From contig NC_086108.1 of assembly GCF_963921235.1 (NCBI RefSeq), positions 42,968,001 to 43,032,000 of the forward strand: a stretch of 64,000 nt of DNA, read 5' to 3'. The notes under the pieces were generated by a model. It was not told where the DNA came from. It searched no databases and saw only the letters and a program-made list of their open reading frames with translations. Position 1 is the first letter of the stretch, and the number at the start of each line of letters is the position of its first letter. Positions 12,530 through 25,762 of the stretch are shown here, in pieces. Source of the stretch: Mobula hypostoma (taxonomy: Eukaryota). A program made the translations under genes and the position numbers.

Positions 12530-13699
12530 AATATGTTAGCACTATTGCTTAGATATTACTGAAATATTAAATATACAACACTACTAATGCATACGGATGT
12601 CCGAAGATTATCAAAAGATAATTGTCTTCATTGCTTTGTTGTACTTTGGTATAGTATTGCAGCATTTCTAAGTGATAAGCAGCTTGGAGAAAAAATTGTC
12701 ACTGCAAAGTCTGACATTTTACCAGTCAGAGTCATGAAACAGTTACAAGAAAAAAAACTACAATCTCATATCACGCAGCAAGGGTATTACTGCTTTCCTG
12801 GGAAAACTCACTTTTCAGCAGCAATATTGGAAGTTCTGAGTTTATGCAATTTCCTTCACTGGCCACTCTTAAAGTAGAATTGCAAGATGATGATCTGATT
12901 GTAGTATTATAATAATAATAAGTACTTTATTGATTCTGAGTTGGAAATGATTTCATTTGAAACAACTCCACACTAATATGGAATTTTGGTTCCGATTCCT
13001 GCTGGAATTGCATATTCCAGATTGTTGGTAGATTCATTTAGGGTGAATGTGTATAATGTTGACACTACGTTGCAAGAAAGTCTTATTGAGCTGCAGAGTG
13101 ATATAACAGCTCAAGCAAAACTCAAATGCAGCAAGTAAAATTTCTGGGTAACTTGTGATATTCAAATTAAGTTTACAGAGTCTGGGAGAAAACTGATTTG
13201 TTTTTAGTTGGATTTCCCACCTCTTATCCAGTTGAATGTGGTTTTAGTCAAGCTCTTCGTCTGCTACCAAAAGCTCACAATTGTCTTCATGTTGTGAAAA
13301 GAGGTGATCTTCAATTATGTTTATCCAAGTTGCAACTAGTTATTCAAAAACTCACGTTTGCATCAGACACCAGGATTTATAAATGTATTATAAATTAAAT
13401 TATCCTATTCAGAGCTTTGAAATAGCTTTATTTTTTTCATATATACCTGTAATGTATTTAACATCTAGTATTTATAACATATTAAAACAAATGTTGACTG
13501 TATATTAGAATAATTAGAACAGTTGACAAAAAAAATTAACAACTAATAGTGACTATGGAAGGTGTAGATCTCTCTCTCACACACTCTCACACTCTGACAC
13601 TCTCACTCACATTTTTTTATATATATACCCAATTTGTGTACCTGCTCATTTCATGTACTGCGCAACTTCTTTTCCCCATTCTTTTATGAATAGGGCTTC

Positions 13700-15815
13700 T
13701 TGTAATGTCAAACACTAAACCAAGATGAAACAAATATATGAATTGCAGAGCTCCACAGAAATATAGTGATAGCTAAGATATTAACAAGATTATAGCCTAT
13801 CACTACATTACAGTGTATAACTGGTACAATAAAACATATAATACTTAATTTAATAAGTATTGCACAGTTGCACTCACTAATTATCATAAAATATAATTAC
13901 CAAGCAAGTAAAGAAAAAGACGGTAATCATGTATTTTACCAATTTAAAAGTAATTACCTACTTACCAAATGCCACCAATGAGAAGTTTCACAATCTCCAC
14001 AAAGGGTCAGGCGTAATATGTGTTCGTGAATCTGAAGCAACTCTTGTCCTGGTGTCACCTGCTGCTCTGTGGTTCCGCAGCCATGATGTGAACTACAGAA
14101 GGTCCATGTAGTTTAACAAACGTAAGTGCTGATACATGACTTATGAGAATTCTTGAGCGTGTTGTTGTTATCAAGTTCATGTGACTGAATCCTTCCTCAC
14201 ACTTGGCGGTACTGATAGGAATAACTTGTGAACAGCTCAGTAATGGGGGTAAATCTTGGGGGATCCGGTATCCACAATCCTCCACATAATCTCTGAAGGC
14301 ATTTATTACAGAGGAAGAAGAAAGCTTAACCCTCTTATGAGAGATGATATTGCAGCTTCTCCATAATTAGGCGATATTTCAGCAGGGCAGATATTTTTAT
14401 CAAGGACACACATTTCATTTAGCAGGGATTCATACATACTTTGAGGTTTAGAAGTTTGAGAACCTTTCAAGGATGTTGCCATGAACATATGGTGCTGCAA
14501 ATTGTTTATAAGACTAGTAAGAAACTGTAGATAATTAATGGAGACAATTTTGTTGTTACTTGTTAAGGTAATTTCTCCAAACTTCCCCTTTTCAACTGCC
14601 TCTTGAGCTTCTAATTTTTGTACCAGGTTGCTCTTTCAGTCCATGCAGTGATCTTATGCTCCATTGGATCAGTTTGTCTACATAAACAATCGTAGTAGTG
14701 CACTTCTGTAAACACTCTGACAATAAACCAAGTTCATACAACGTGTCATACATTAGAGCTAAGTCCAATAGAATCTGTTTTGAAGAGAGTCTTTTCAACA
14801 GATCTTCATAGGTTTTTCTGTCACTCCCAGATCTTGTTTCATCCTTCATTGCTTTTTCAAAATGAAAATACAGTGCTTCATAATTTTGCCACTCTGCTGA
14901 AACTGTTCAAAACGAGCTAGCTACCCACCTGGTGCCCAGAACACGGCCTATTTTGCAAATTTGTTGTTCTAGTTGAGAGGCCTATTCAGACAATTCCTTT
15001 TGATTTAGAGGTGATCTACTATAAACAGAGTACAATTTGTCCATAAATGATTGAAAATGATTTAGTCCATGACCTTCTCTCACCGAATCACCTACTGCAA
15101 GTTCTAATCTGTGATTAAGACAGTGCCAAATTATCACATCAGGGTAATGTTCCTTGAGAATTGTAGCAACACCAGATTTGACACCAAGCATTACGCTCGC
15201 CCCATCACTAGCAAATGCTACAAGGTTCTGTTTCAGGTAAGAGTCATCAAACCCATGGTTATTGAGACAGTTCAATAGATGCTTAGCAATAGTTGCAGCT
15301 TTCTGATCAGGCAGTTCAATTAGATCTGAAAACATAAAATGGGGATCACCTTCCTTATCACTTTAACATTTCAAATAAACTATTAGGGTGGTCTTAATGC
15401 TCAGGCTTGTTGATTCATCAGTGAGAACAGAAAACTTGCCATTTATCTGCTTGATATGCTGGCAAATTTTCTTTTTCATATTAACGGCTATGTGATTAAT
15501 TATCTGTGTAGCACTAGTGCGGGAATGCAGTCCAATTCCAATGTCAATACCTTTTTTTTTAGAAGTTCCAATAACCCAAAGTGATCAGAGTCTGTCATTC
15601 TGAGCTAAATAATATGCAGAACAAAAAATTTACCAAGTTGCCTTTGGATGTGAAGCATTCATGGTGTCACATAATTTTCCAAGAGCATCTTCACTAGCTA
15701 TATTTTCAACACTTAGAGCAGCAGTGTGAGCTTTTGATAGTTTGTGATCAACAATTATTTTTCAGAGAGACTTCAAGCGTGTACTTTGATTGGCTCCATA
15801 ATAGGAAACTTGGTA
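13700..15815 (-). mobile_element. Decayed hAT transposase of the ZNF862-like (Tip100-type) group
   Basis: VLTDESTS, FASDGASVMLG, WHCLNHRLELAVGD, LGTRWVASS, ISTAKCEEGFSHMNL motifs with stops and frameshifts. Confidence 0.85.
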
Positions 15816-16235
15816 CATCTGCCATACCGATTCTCCCGTGATCTTTAAGTTCTTGAGGCTGTAGCGCTTTACATAGCTAGCCAGCCATCCCTTACTAGCC
15901 TTAAACTCCTTCCTCTCGCTCTTCTCAACCCCCTCACAGTAGTGCTCATAGAGGCTAAGTGCTTTTTCACGCATAATTTTGCCATGAACAGGGGTATGCT
16001 TATGTGATATGTCCTCTAGCTTAATGCTTTCTCAGTCTTTGCAAGCACTTTATCATGAACCAGAGAGACCATTTTTGCTGTTGTCTGGGTAGCACTAACA
16101 CTTCCACGAATTTCGGCTTCTTTCTGCTTTATTGTGCGAATGCTCAGTTCTTTCCTACCAACTTACGGCCCACTTCGGCAAGCAACATGCCACTTTTCAA
16201 AGGATCTAAGATTTTTATTTTCTCGGCGAATGATG
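15816..16235 (-). mobile_element. Tigger/pogo transposase N-terminal fragment (CENP-B-type HTH)
   Basis: IMREKALSLYE...FKASKGWLASYVKRYSLKNLKITGES. Confidence 0.8.
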
Positions 16236-17275
16236 CTCAAACAATGAGTGCTGGAGAGAGACTGAGGATCTGTGAAATGGCGGGAGGCTACAGCAGTGTA
16301 TGCTGGGGCAATGGGTCGAGCAAGCAGGAATTTCACAAAACAGTCACAGCTCCAGGATTTCACTAAAAACGATCGAATATCCTAATATTATTAGTGGTAT
16401 TTTCCCCACCAGCCTCCATCCCCTCTCCCCAACCCCCGCTTCTGTAAAATTCCCTCTATTTAATATGCGGTCGCTGTTAAATTCCCCGCCTGTTTATTTT
16501 GACTTTTTTTTACAGAGGTGCTGGAGCGGGGCTCCGGTGAGCTCCAGCAGCACTGCACCCCTGTCTGGTCCTAACCAACAAAAGGCTGACTTTATATATA
16601 ATTTCCTTGCATTTAAATGTATGCGCAATTTCTAAATATTTCATTCTGTTTCAGGCTTTACCACTATTCTAATTTTTATTTCGTATTTTGCTTAATGTTT
16701 TAAGAAAGTAAGTGAAATGTTTCTTTTCATTTTTGTTGGATACAAATTATTTTCTTACACTGGTTCCTTTACAGGAACAGGCATCAAGGGAAAAAAAAAC
16801 TTGCCAAAGCTCTAAATGACAGCTTCCTTCAGAGCAACAAAGTACTGTGGCATCACCATTAATAAATGTTAAGTCAATTTCCCAAACCTTGATTTATTTT
16901 TAAAAAGCACAAACCTGAAGACAATATGAATTTAAAAAGTGCTTCATATTAATTTACCTGTAAATATATCAGCAAATGATTTAAAATTCTCGGAATCTCA
17001 CTTTGTATCCATTTGTCACGTGATCATCAAAGACAAAACAATGCAGTACAACTAATGAAAGGTAATCTACCTGAAATGTAAATGTTTCTCTTTCTGTAGC
17101 TGCTGCTTGATCTGAATGCTTGCAGCATTTGTATTTATTTTTACAACTTGATAGTTACTTTATAACACTGCAGTCTGGCTAATGGATGCATGTACTGGAC
17201 TGGAAGTTTGAAAGTTGCATGGTCAAAGGAGTGTTATATACCCTGAGAACTGCAGGATTTTGCTTTTAACAGGTA

Positions 17276-17497
17276 ATACTTTATACTTTATAGTCGCCAA
17301 ACAATTGGTACAATCATCACAGCGATATTTGATTCTGCGCTTCACACTCCCTGGATTACAAATATTAAATATTATAAATATTTAAAATAGTTAAAATTAG
17401 TAAATATTAAAATTTAAATTATAAATCATAAATAGAAAATAGAAAAATGGGAAGTAAGGTAGTGCAAAAAAAAAACTGAGAGGCAGGTCTGGATATT
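17276..17497 (-). mobile_element. Rex/Babar LINE 3'UTR fragment
   Basis: Reverse-complement homologue of 59700-59900 with an (actttat) tail. Confidence 0.65.
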
Positions 17498-17846
17498 TGC
17501 AGAATATAATAGGAGAAACTTTCAATCATAGTAACAGTCCAATAGTCAGAGTACTGAGTTTTCTCCCTGCATCTCTGACTTAAAACATATTTAAATAAAT
17601 AGATGTCCAGCCGGATATCATTTAGATATCCCTGCAGTGAAATTGAAGATTTAAATTAGGACATGTTTGACCAAATGCCCTTCCTTAGCTGCACTAACCT
17701 TATTTACTCTTTCTGGTTTACTTTGAGATCTTTAATATTAGTATCTAAACATATTGGAAAGATTTTCTGTTAAGAACTCAAGTCCAAAGCTAAACATCAA
17801 TTGAAATATGTTTCTTTTTAACTTTGCAGGAAAGTGAGAATAAAAT

Positions 17847-18033
17847 ATGGAGTGCAATTTGAAATATATTTCGCTGGGAGTTTTAGTATTTCAGACAACC
17901 AGTCTTGTTTTGACTATGCGTTACTCACGGACTTTCAAAGAAGAAGGACCCCGTTACCTAGCTTCAACTGCAGTGGTCATTGCTGAGATGATGAAGATTG
18001 CAGCATGTCTTCTATTAGTTTTTAAAGATGCTA
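17847..18033 (+). CDS. SLC35A3: SLC35A3 coding exon 1 ([29 protein letters not shown]...FKDA); exon starts at 17830 with 17 nt of 5'UTR
   Basis: Acceptor tttgcag at 17823-17829, ATG 17847, donor gtatgt at 18034; 187 coding nt, phase 1; translation closely matches the vertebrate SLC35A3 N-terminus. Confidence 0.97.
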
Positions 18034-18150
18034 GTATGTACACTACTTTAGAATCCTCTCTTGTTTAAAGTTGTGAGAAATCTTTATTTAACCATTGTGA
18101 ATGAGATGACATAATGGAATGTCATTTGTAAATGCTGATGTGATTTTGAA

Positions 18151-18370
18151 AGCAACGCACACAACGTGCTGGAGGAACTCAGCAGGCCAGGCAACATCTA
18201 TGGAAAAGAGTAAACAGTCAACGTTTGGGGCTGAGACCCTTCATCAGTGTCCTTTTCCAAGATGCTGCCTGGCCTGCTGAGTTCTTCCAGCATTTTGTTT
18301 TTTTTTGTGTGTGTGTATACGCGTGTGTGCGCGCGGCTTGGGTTTCTAGTATCTGCAGACTTTCTCTTGG
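18151..18370. repeat. Penelope-derived fold-back element
   Basis: Inverted arms tgctggaggaactcagcaggccaggca / tgcctggcctgctgagttcttccagca; degenerate hammerhead core on the - strand. Confidence 0.8.
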
Positions 18371-18523
18371 TTGTGATGCAAACTTTCAAAGTAAATGGCT
18401 TTCTTTAACTGAATGTCAGCTATCCCAATAAATAGGTTTTAGGAGAGCAGAGTGAATATAAAAAAAATTCCACTTGAATTGCCAATTCTAGACGGTGAAA
18501 GCTGTGAACTCTACTCATTTATA

Positions 18524-20095
18524 TAGTGCTTTGAAAAAGTATTCAGCCCTCATGACTATTTTCACATTTTACTGGCTCATTTTCTGAATTTAAAATATGT
18601 TGAAGTAGGGTTTTTTGAGTTAATCTATAAAACATTGTGCATAATGTCAAATCAAAAGAGATTCCAAAACATGTCAGCAACTAAAAATTAAAAACCAAAA
18701 TTGTGAGGCCAAAACAGTGTTCATCCCCTTTGTAATTACCACACCAACTTTCCTCAGGTACAATACTGTTTATTACCTTACCAACTCACCCAAGTTGTTG
18801 ATGTAGAAAATTGGAGCATCGCCGTCTTCAATGAATTCATAGGAATAAATACCCCTTCTCTCTAAGGTCCAACGATACTGTAGAATTTCAACAGACCAAG
18901 CCAACTTAAGATAAAAGAGCATTCAAGACAAGTCAAGGAAATAATATTAGAGAGGTGCAAATCTGAGCAAGCATACAAGTCTTTCTCAAAGGAACTAACA
19001 TACCTCTGAGCTCAGCGCAGTACATGGTGGAAGTGGGGGGAAAAATATGAAACCATCGCCACACTGACTAGGTCAGGCAGCCCCTCCAAAACTAGTTGCT
19101 GGAGAATGGCACATGTAAGAGAGGCTGCTGTGGCACCAACAGTCACTCTGCGTGAGCTGCAGAAGTCCATGGCTGCAACGGGAAATGAAGTTCATGGCTC
19201 CACAGTCTCCAAGGCCTTGCACAAAATGGATATTTATGGAAAAAGTGGCAAGGAAGGTCCCCTGGCTAACAAAGCAAAAGCATCATTTAGAAAACGCTGT
19301 AAAGATGTGGAAGAAGGTCTTGTCAAATGAAACTAAAGTGGAACTCGTTGGTTTTGACATTAAGTGGTACATGTGGCGTAGATCTGATAGCAGTGCATCT
19401 GCTAGTTAAAACCATCCCTACTGCAAAGTCAGGTGAAGGTAGCAACATGCTGTGGGAATGCTTTTCAGCAGTAGGGACTGGAAATCTGGCCAGGGTTAAT
19501 GAGAAGACAAATGCTGCAAAATACTAAGAGATCCTGGATTGAAAACCTGCTCACCTCTACCAGAAAGCTTAAACTGGGGGGGGGAGGTTCACTTTCAGCA
19601 GAACAACAACCCAAAGCACGCTGCCAGAGCAACCATGGAGTGGTTTCAAATGAAGAAAATTTTATGTCCTTAAGTGCCCTAGTCAGAACCCGATCGAACA
19701 TCTCTGGTAAAACTTCAAGATTGCTGTCTGCCACAGCTTGTCAACTAACCTAGCACAGTTTGGGCAATTTAGCAGGAGAAAAATGCAAATTTTGCTCCAT
19801 CACATTGTGCAAAGTTGAGAGACTTATCCAAAAAGACTACTTATTGTAATAGCTGCGAGAGGTGGTTCAACTCAGTTCTGAGCAAAGGGGGATAAATATT
19901 TTTGAACTACTGACACTTCATTTTTTTAATGTTTAGTTTTTCATGCTTTACTATTTCCCTGTTTTTTTTTGGCTGGGGGGTCTCTACTGTGAAAAGAGCA
20001 TGTGATTCACAAATAAAAGTTCTCAGTTAAGTTGATCAAAATCCCTCATCTTATACGAACAAAAGGTTGGGGCTGAATACTTTTTCAAGGCATCA
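18524..20095 (+). mobile_element. Decayed full-length Tc1-family DNA transposon
   Basis: TIRs agtgctttgaaaaagtattcagccc / gggctgaatactttttcaaggca with TA flanks; RSGSPSK, SNETKVELVG, GEGSNMLWECFS remnants. Confidence 0.88.
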
Positions 20096-20371
20096 TATGT
20101 TTTCTGCTTTGATGGAACCTTTACTCTCAACACTTTATCCATTTGTTCACTATTTTAATATGTAAATTGAAGGAAAATGATAAAAGTAATCCATGTTTCA
20201 GAAATGAGAATATGAATTTAACAAAGAAAGGAAAACTAATAAAGCATCTGCTGTATAAACACATAATTGAATTTAGTTAATCACTTTCATTTTCCATTTT
20301 CTAGTGCTAAGATTTGTACATTTTGATCAGTAAACTGCAGTTTTATAATTTTGTGCTTATTTTTCTCTTAG

Positions 20372-20526
20372 GTTATAGCATTCAAGAATTGCGTAGATTA
20401 TTACAAGCTGAAATTATTAACAAACCAATGGAGACATTAAAACTTGCCATTCCTTCTGGAATATACACCCTTCAGAACAATCTCCTTTATATAGCATTAT
20501 CCAATTTAGATGCAGCTACTTATCAG
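20372..20526 (+). CDS. SLC35A3: SLC35A3 coding exon 2 ([11 protein letters not shown]...NLDAATYQ)
   Basis: Acceptor ttctcttag, donor gtataa; 155 nt; [23 protein letters not shown] motif. Confidence 0.97.
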
Positions 20527-21494
20527 GTATAATAGTCTTTTTTTTGTTTTCAGGCACTACAATTTTTCTCCTGTTATAGCCCTAACTTAAGGAATTTTGG
20601 TAGTGTATAAAGGCATGTCTTTGTGGATGAAAATATTTTACTTTTTTTTAACTGTTCTTTGAAATTTCTCATGGGCTGCATCTTTCCAAGATAAAAATTA
20701 TATTGCAAGGTAGTTAACTGCATGTTAGCTATTTGAATATGGAAACAAATTGAAACTTTTTAGCAAGACATGGCAAGTAACAGAATTTTAGAGGTGTGTT
20801 ATTTACTATTCAGCACTATCAACTTGCGATTGTACAGTACTTTTAACCTAGTAAAATATTGAGGTGCTTCATTAAGAAGTGACGTTTGACATTGCTGCAT
20901 AAGATGTTAGGGAAGATAAGAGCCAAGTTTAAGGATGGCCTCCCAAGAAGGTGGGGAGGATTAAAGGAAAAGTAGTAGGGTGAAAGAGAAAAGGGGCAAT
21001 GATTTCTGGAGAGAATTCCTGAACTTAGATCTTGGTTATTTATAGCCTAGCAGTGATGAAGCAGCTTAAAACTGGGGATGTGCAAGGATACAAAATTGAA
21101 AAATTTCAGGGATCTGAGGGATTTTGGGATGAATGAAGTCGAAGGGTGAAGTCACAGTGATTTGAATACGAAGAAGAGAATTCTTAAATGAAGGCACTGA
21201 TGTAAATCTAGTATAATTTTGCATTATTTCCTGTGTCCAGAATAGATTTGATACAGAAAAGCATTGTTCCCTCAGTTGACATATAGGCAAATATTGGAAC
21301 TGAAGTTTTTTTGGAAATGATTTGTAGATAGACTAATTAATTTATCTATACATATACAGTAAAGCTTACTTGGCAACATGTGGGTCTTCGAAAAGATGAA
21401 TGGCCATATCTGAATAATGAATATAAATGTAGAGTGGATTTATGGATACTTTTAAGTAACTCTGTTATAATATTCCCCCCCTCCTCTTATACAG

Positions 21495-21617
21495 GTTACT
21501 TATCAGCTTAAAGTCCTCACCACAGCTTTCTTTTCTGTGACAATGCTTAGAAAAAACTTGAGTGTTTATCAGTGGCTCTCGCTTTTGACATTAATGGCTG
21601 GTGTTACACTTGTTCAG
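21495..21617 (+). CDS. SLC35A3: SLC35A3 coding exon 3 ([41 protein letters not shown])
   Basis: Acceptor cttatacag, donor gtatgt; 123 nt, phase 0/0; read by hand (not in the ORF track). Confidence 0.97.
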
Positions 21618-22839
21618 GTATGTGTAATGAAAAAAGGTTTTCTAATTTATAAATAATTATAAAATTTTAATTTGTATGCATGAGCTTTCAGCGGCAATTC
21701 AAATTTCAAAGGATTTGTTTCATTTCAGTCTAATGCTCTGCATTTCATTTTATGTATTTTAAAAGGTATGCAGATATACAATAAAGAATTTGTCTTAAAA
21801 CCATAGATATTATGTATATGGAAATTTTATGAAGAGCTGCTAATTTTGTTTCAAGCTTACTCTTACTGTATGGAACTGGAAGATAGGTTAGAATGCATGC
21901 ACAATTCATGTGAGGTATTCGACAAACGTTTGTAGCTAAAGCTTTCTTTGCTTTGAGTTTTTATGGCATACCAAACCTTTGTGACTTAGCTTTGGTTTTC
22001 TTTTTTTTTTGTGTGTACTGATTATTTGAGCAGGTCAAATAATCTTGAGCTGCACATCAAGATTATGAATCTACTCAATGGGTTTGGGTGAGATTGTATG
22101 GGCTGAAGCTATGCCACTATTAAAGGATCCTTTCAGGCAAGAATTCTTAATATGACTCTTGCCCATTTTTGCTACTAGATCTAGACTTAGTTTTTCTGGA
22201 GATGTCAGAATATCAACATGTGATTGAGTGTCTCCCTTTGTATGTTTTAGAATATAATACTGCTTTTTTTTGGGTGGGGATCTTAGCACTGGAATAAGAC
22301 ATTGAAATATTTGGTTAAAGACTCAATCATTTACAAGTTTCCAATGAATGTAGACTCCTGGTACAAGTTAAATATTATACTGATCTTTGTACTCGTCTGT
22401 GTTGTCACCATATGCAAAGTGAGAAGTCACTGAATAGTATTGTAAAAGCTGGGTGAGAGTTGGTTGCCATTTCGCATGAACTAAATGTCTTTTGGGGATA
22501 TTGCTAACAATCCAAGTTGATCAGCTGTGTGGTATATCTGGAACTGTTACATCAGCATTCTTTTTATGGTAGACATTGAACCTCAGGCATCATACAAGTA
22601 TTCTGTTATATGCTGTCTACCCCCTGAAAGTTTGCAGGATGTATAGGCTGAGGAAATGCAGGAGGTTGGGTGGCTAGGTAAATCCATCGCTTGTTGCATT
22701 CCCTTGAGGGACATTCATATAATTGCCTTCATTGATCTTTCCTGCTCACTGGTACTGGATGTTAGCAGTATAATTTAAACTATAGCTACTTCGTTAGTAG
22801 AAATCCTAAAAGATGATGTGAGATACCCACTTGACAAAG

Positions 22840-25762
22840 GTTTAAAGTAAATTTATTATCAAAATGCATGTGGCCATTTACAACTCTGAGATTCATTTTC
22901 TTATGGGCATACTCAATAAATCTGTAATAGAGTAATAACCATAAAATAATCAATCAATGATGGGGCAAGTGAAGTTTTCTCCTTTGGTTCAGCTTGATGG
23001 TTGAGGTGTCATAACTGTTCCTGAACCTGCTTGTGTGAGTCCTGAGGCTCCTGTACCCACTTCCTGACGCTGCTTTCCTGCGAAAAAGCTTTGTGTAGAT
23101 GTGCTCAGCAGTGGGGAGGGCTTTACTTGTGATGGACTGGGTCTAATCCACTGCTTTTTGTAAGATTTTCCATTCAAGGACATTGGTGTTTCCATACCAG
23201 TTGTGAAGCAGCCAGTCAATATATTCTCTACAGAAGTTTGCCAGAGTTGTAGACGTCATGCCAAATCTTCACAACCTCCAAAGGAAGTGGAGGCACTGCC
23301 GTGCTTTCTTCATAAATGCATTTGTGTGCCAGGCCCAGGATTGTCGAAAATAATAACACGCAGGAATTTAAAGTTGCTGATCCTCTCTACCTCTGATCCC
23401 TTATTGAGGACTGGTTCATGGACATCTTGTTTCCTCGGCCTGAAATCAATAATCAGCTCCTTGGTCTTGCTGACATTGAGTAAGAGGTTGTTGTTATGGC
23501 ACCACTCAGCAAGGTTTTCAATCTCCCTTCTGTATGCTGATTCATCACTATCTTTGATTCAGCCTATGACAGTGGCATCATCAAACTTGAATATGGCATT
23601 GAAGCTGTGCTTAGCCACGCAGTCATAACTATAAAGCCAGTAGAGCGGGGCTAAGCACACAGCTACACCTGTGCTGATGAAAATTGTGGAGATGTTGTCA
23701 ATCTGAGCTGCCTTGGGGTCTACAAGTGAGGAAATAATACCTCCTTGTGCAATTAGATACTAAGACCAAGGTCTTGAAGCTTGTTGATTAGTTTTGAGTG
23801 GTTGATAGTATTGAATCCTGGCCGTAATCGATTTTTAAAGGAAGTATCATGATGCATGCATCTTTGTTGCACAGATGTTCAAGGGTTGAGTGAAGAGCCA
23901 ATGAAATGGCATCTGCTGTGGACCTGTTGCTCTGGTAGGCAAATTGGAACAGATCAAAGTCACTTCCCAGGCAGGAATTGGTATGTTTCATCAGCAACCT
24001 CTCAAAACCCTTCATCACTGTGGTTATAATTGCTACTGGATGATAGTCATTGAGACAGGTTGCCACATTCTCCTTAGGCCCCAGTATTATTGAAGCCTGC
24101 TTGAGGTAGGTGGATACCTCAGACTGGCAAAGTGAGAGGTTAAAGATCTCAGTGAACACTCCGCACAGGTCTTTTGTACTTGGCCAGGTACCCTATCAGA
24201 TGTATGCTTTTCATGGGGTCACCCTCCTGAAGACTGCTTGCACATTGGCCTCAGACTGAAATCGCAGTGGGAGTTTCTTCATGTTTTTGACAGTCAAAGA
24301 CAGTGCAGAAGGCACCAAGCTCATCTGAAAGCGAAGCCCTGTTGTCGACTATGTAGCCTGATTTAACTTTATAAGGGGTAATACTATTCAAACCCTGCCA
24401 CAACTGTCAAGCATCCTTCAGTGATTCAACCTCAGTCCAGAATTGCCATTTTGACTGTGAGATTACTTTCTGGAGATTGTCCTGGACCTCTTGTAACTTT
24501 CTCAGTTATTAAACTTAAATGTCTCCGAACTGGTCCTCAGCAGACTGCAGATCTCATGGTTCATCCATTGCCTTCTGGTTGGTGAAGACAATGATTTTAT
24601 GGAGACATAATCATCTGCAGCTGTTTTAATAAAGTCTGTGACAACTATGGTCTATTCACTCAGATCCACAGATGAGTTCTTAAATACAACCCAATCCATT
24701 GCCGTTCCTCTTCCTCCCACGACCCCCTCTAGGTGTCCTAATCTCTGGACCTTTTTGAGGGAGAGTACTGAGGGAGTGTCTCACTGTCAGAGGGACGGTA
24801 CTGAGGGAGTGTCACACGGACAGTACTGAGGGAGTGTCTGCCTGTTGTAGGTAGAAGGATAGCCAAGTGATCAGATTTACCAAAATGAGTACTGTGCATA
24901 GAATGGTGGGCATTCCTTATCTTAACATACCAGTGGTTTAATGTTGGGACCTCTGATGCTACAGGTTGTCTGCTGATGGTAATTGGGCAGGGTTTTCTTC
25001 AAACAAGCCTGTTTGAAGTCCCATCTATGATTTGAAATGTGTCTAGATGGACTATTTCTTGTGTGGAGACTGCATTATACAATATCTCAAGTGTTTGATT
25101 ATAGTCGGCCACTGGTGGTATATAAATTGCGGTCAGGATTATGGAGGTGAGATCCCTAGGTAAATAGAATAAACAGCATTTGACCGATTGGTGTTCAAGG
25201 TCAGAGTTTGAGAAAGCTGCCACATCGGAGCACCACCAACAGTTTATCATGAAAAACACGCTTCACCTTTTGCCTTTTCTCAATCAGCAGTTCAGTCCAT
25301 TCTGTGATTCAAGAAGCCTCTGGGCTCTATCTGGCATGCTGGGAGAAAAGCACATCTTATTCAAATATAGAATGCAACAATCTCTCATTTTCCCTCCCAA
25401 ACAGCAATCTTGCCATCAGGTCCTTGGTTTTGTTATCCAGTGACTGCACGTTTGCTGACAAGGTGCTGGGTAGAGAGGTCCTCATCCGTCTGTGTTTCAG
25501 CCTGCCTTGGGCCACCTCCCTTGCCTCGCTGCTGGCCATGGTGATGAACTTCTGTCCGTTTAAAAGTACTGTACCTGCTTGGTCTGCCAAGTCCTTCAGA
25601 AGGTCGTGAAATCTCCAGATCATTAAGTTGATTTAAAAGTACATTGGCTAAAGGGAAATTGCATGCTGCTGATTGTAGTGAGAGTAGTTCAAAAGAGGTA
25701 TACTTAGAAGTACTGTACATAGCCTGTAAAACATCGCCATGGTTCCCTGGCACCATCTTGAA
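22840..25762 (-). mobile_element. Near full-length decayed Rex/Babar LINE
   Basis: LSANVQSLDNK endonuclease start, LTAIYIPP, CLNDYHPVA, QFAYQSNRSTADAI; 5' caagatggtgcc motif. Confidence 0.85.
24765..24838 (+). repeat. Three copies of gtactgagggagtgtc (33- and 25-bp spacing)
   Basis: Direct repeats at 24765, 24798 and 24823. Confidence 0.8.

Larger units (their letters stand above)
9814..12580 (-). mobile_element. Internally deleted gypsy LTR element (gag remnants, two LTR pieces) carrying nested inserts
   Basis: LTR start repeated at 9814 and ~11291; decayed PBS-like sequence at 11279-11290; gag-like peptide (QKEGRSILAYVAELNRLSEHCQFSD); TSD ctac at 9810-9813 and 12581-12584. Confidence 0.8.
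9260..13560 (+). mobile_element. Decayed hAT Charlie/Buster-type transposon, interrupted by a gypsy element
   Basis: TIR-like cagtggttctcaa at 9260; the flanks of the gypsy insert rejoin as EDLEWLLMHTDVRRLSK (LLHTEVRWLS motif); FPTSYPVECGFS...KRGDLQL dimerisation domain at 13198-13398. Confidence 0.75.

Noticed and set aside
14055..15335. Possible domesticated ZNF862-like gene
   Set aside because: Multiple stops and frameshifts and no splice structure; a decayed transposase.
16240..16563. GC-richer patch as SLC35A3 promoter or exon 1
   Set aside because: Contiguous with transposon remnants and lacks a convincing CpG island or donor; exon 1 probably lies upstream of the window.
24765..24838. 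CRISPR-like repeat-spacer pattern
   Set aside because: Vertebrate DNA, 16-bp repeats with short related spacers, no cas genes; a minisatellite.
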